From: Calcarisporiella thermophila CBS 279.70
Taxonomy: Eukaryota > Fungi > Calcarisporiellomycota
Direction of reading: 5' to 3'
Assembly (NCBI RefSeq): GCF_041956535.1
Contig: NW_027192206.1
Span: 551,504 to 615,503 of the forward strand
Length of the DNA: 64,000 bases
Shown: in pieces, positions 61,965 through 64,000 of the stretch
Layout of the letters: every line of letters begins with the position of its first letter
Position numbering within the stretch: the first letter of the stretch is position 1
The notes under the pieces: model-generated
What the model was told of the DNA's origin: nothing
Databases searched by the model: none
The model's input: only the letters and a program-made list of their open reading frames with translations
Translations under genes and position numbers: made by a program

Positions 61965-63585
61965 CAAGTAGGGAAAAATGTGCCACAGTGTTTTAACAAA
62001 TTTTCTTTGGATGCTCAATTCTCCTGGATGGATGGAATATTATACAAGCGCCTTTATTATTAAACACTGGAGGAACTACACTATATGCTGTTCCACCCGC
62101 TACCCCGGTTTTATATGCTTTTTCTAAAAAACCACGGGTATTAATATTGATGCTCGGGGAAAATGGCCTTCATGATAAAATTGAAGACATATTTATTATC
62201 GTTATTTCACAAAAATATTTCAATACTTCGTGTATCTTCCTCTAGCTTTATAAACAGCTCGGAATCTCCTCAACATACTCTCGTATAGGTTATCAATATA
62301 AGCCTTAACTATATTCTCCCACGTATATTTGATTCGTTCCCAGAGCTCTTCCCTATCCTTTGGCCGAGTAGAATAATCTTGAAGCCTCCTCTTCAAGAGG
62401 CTCCACGCGTTCTCTATGGGATTTAAATCTGGTGACTAAGCGGGCCATTCTAATACTCTTATATTGCGATCTCGCAGCCATGCTTGAGTTGACTTGGCGA
62501 TATGAGGGGGGGGGGGCATTGTCATGTTGGAAAATGATCTTATCTTTGTCTATCCTGTACCGTTCGAGTGTTCCAAGAAAACCTTCATCTAAAATGTTCT
62601 GATATGTCCTGGCATTTATTCCACCTTCTACACGAAGTAGAAGCCCCACTCCTTGCGAGGTGATGCAGCCCCATATCATGATTGCCTCTTTTCCCTGCTT
62701 CGTGGTTGGAATAATATTGCACTCTCGCAGTGGTTGCCCCTTCTTTACGTATGTGTATTCCTTTCCAGTGGTCTGTAAAAAGGGCACTATGGTTTCATCC
62801 GAGAATATTATGGTTTGTATGGTCTGAAAATCCCACCTAACAAGTTGAGCTGCGAATTTGAATCGAGCTTTAAAATGGCGCGGGAGCAGCAAAGGCTTCC
62901 TAGGCTTGGATCGAGGCTTCATTTCGGGCCTTCTAAGCATCATTTTTACAGTTTTGTTTGTTACGCTCTTCTTCAGCTCTTCTTTGATAACTTGCTGCAA
63001 GTCGACAAGCTTAGAACATTCCCCGGTTGACGCCTTCTTAGAAATGTATTTCTCATCTGATTCACTTAGACTACGTGGACGACCATATTTTGGCTTCATA
63101 GAAGGATATTTCGGGGTGCTCCATTCCTTGATTATGCTTCTAGCAGTTTCACGGCTTATTCCCACCAGTGCTCCAATCTTACGTGTGGACACTCCCTTTC
63201 TTGAAAGTTCAAGCACACGTTCTCGAATCTTTTTACGAGCTGGCTCCATAGATGTCAGATATTGTTAAAAAATAAAAGCATCACCCTTGCAAATAAAAAA
63301 TATTTAGATGGAATGGTGGAGAGGATATAAAAAATATTTGGGTTTCTTTGGCACACATCGGCATATATAAAGATACCAATTTCCCATAAATTCGGGGTGC
63401 TATTCAACGATATCCTAGTTTTACAAGAAATGCATATTTAACCGGGGTAGCGGGTGGAACAGCATATAGTGTAGTTCCTCCAGTGTTTAATAATAAAGGC
63501 GCTTGTATAATATTCCATCCATCCAGGAGAATTGAGCATCCAAAGAAAATTTGTTAAAATACTGTGGCACATTTTTCCCTACTTG
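61965..63585 (-). mobile_element. Full-length Tc1/mariner transposon with 146-bp TIRs and TA target-site duplication
   Basis: TIRs at 61965-62110 and 63440-63585 (one mismatch seen), TA on both flanks. Transposase 63249-62220 with GRPRSLS, FSDET, IWGCI, FQHDNAP, WPA*SPDLNPIEN; frameshift in a G11 run (62506-62516) and TAG at 62436-62438. Confidence 0.95.
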
Positions 63586-63659
63586 TATATTTAAGGAAAT
63601 ATTAAAACTGTTGCAGAGAGTTCTGAAACACTTATTATTTAAAATCTAAATGCGGTACG

Positions 63660-64000
63660 TCTGATCAAGCTTGAAAACTTCCATATATTCTCGAAACCTT
63701 TTTTACGCTTCTTTGCACTACATCTTTGAATTCGTTACAATCATATACTAAATCTCCAAGTGGCTCCTGTTGAGGCTGGGCTGCGTCCTTACCCACACCA
63801 GCCCCGGGTTGTCGCCTACCCATACCTTGGATAGCCCTGCCACAATCAAGGCAGCTAACCATCTGCGCGTACTTGGGTAATGCGCCAGACATGTTCTAGC
63901 ATATGCTACAGCATCCGGTGGATCCAACAAGAAGTGGAACTGACCCCTGACCATTAGGCGTACGTGTAGCGCCATTGCAGCCATCATGCCATTATGGATG
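63660..64000 (-). repeat. Inverted, internally deleted partial copy of the 60057-61495 gene region
   Basis: ATCCATAATGGCATGATGGCTGCAATGGCGCTACACGT is identical to 60058-60095; GGTCAGTTCCACTTCTTG matches about 61372-61389; 63675-63755 matches about 61405-61495. Confidence 0.85.

Overview
Eukaryotic, intron-containing fungal DNA; gene content and short GT-AG introns point to an early-diverging fungus (Mucoromycota/Zoopagomycota, inferred). GC-rich blocks of conserved genes (U2 snRNA, RPL20, SEC4-like Rab, KIN17, VosA-like velvet, a kinase, homeobox TF, TRAF7-like RING-WD40, GRAM/VASt sterol transfer protein, ARP6, G-protein beta, Zn2Cys6-PAS TF, DPB4, two GSTs, CTF8, DOA4/USP8) alternate with AT-rich, transposon-rich accessory blocks (about 15-25 kb, 45-52 kb, 57-64 kb, with an N gap at 59168-60056). 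The standout is an intact 194-aa ORF (19742-20326, minus strand) with bunyavirus nucleocapsid motifs. It is preceded by a TAGTAGTATACT segment-terminus-like sequence and followed by a Ty3/gypsy LTR-PBS-gag-protease remnant, so it is a candidate endogenous negative-strand RNA virus S segment. It shares its island with a spacer-less ~660-bp integrase palindrome, a decayed TPR (NLR-like) gene and a decayed Crinkler-like NTPase-nuclease gene. All calls come from motif recognition by eye; no searches were run.
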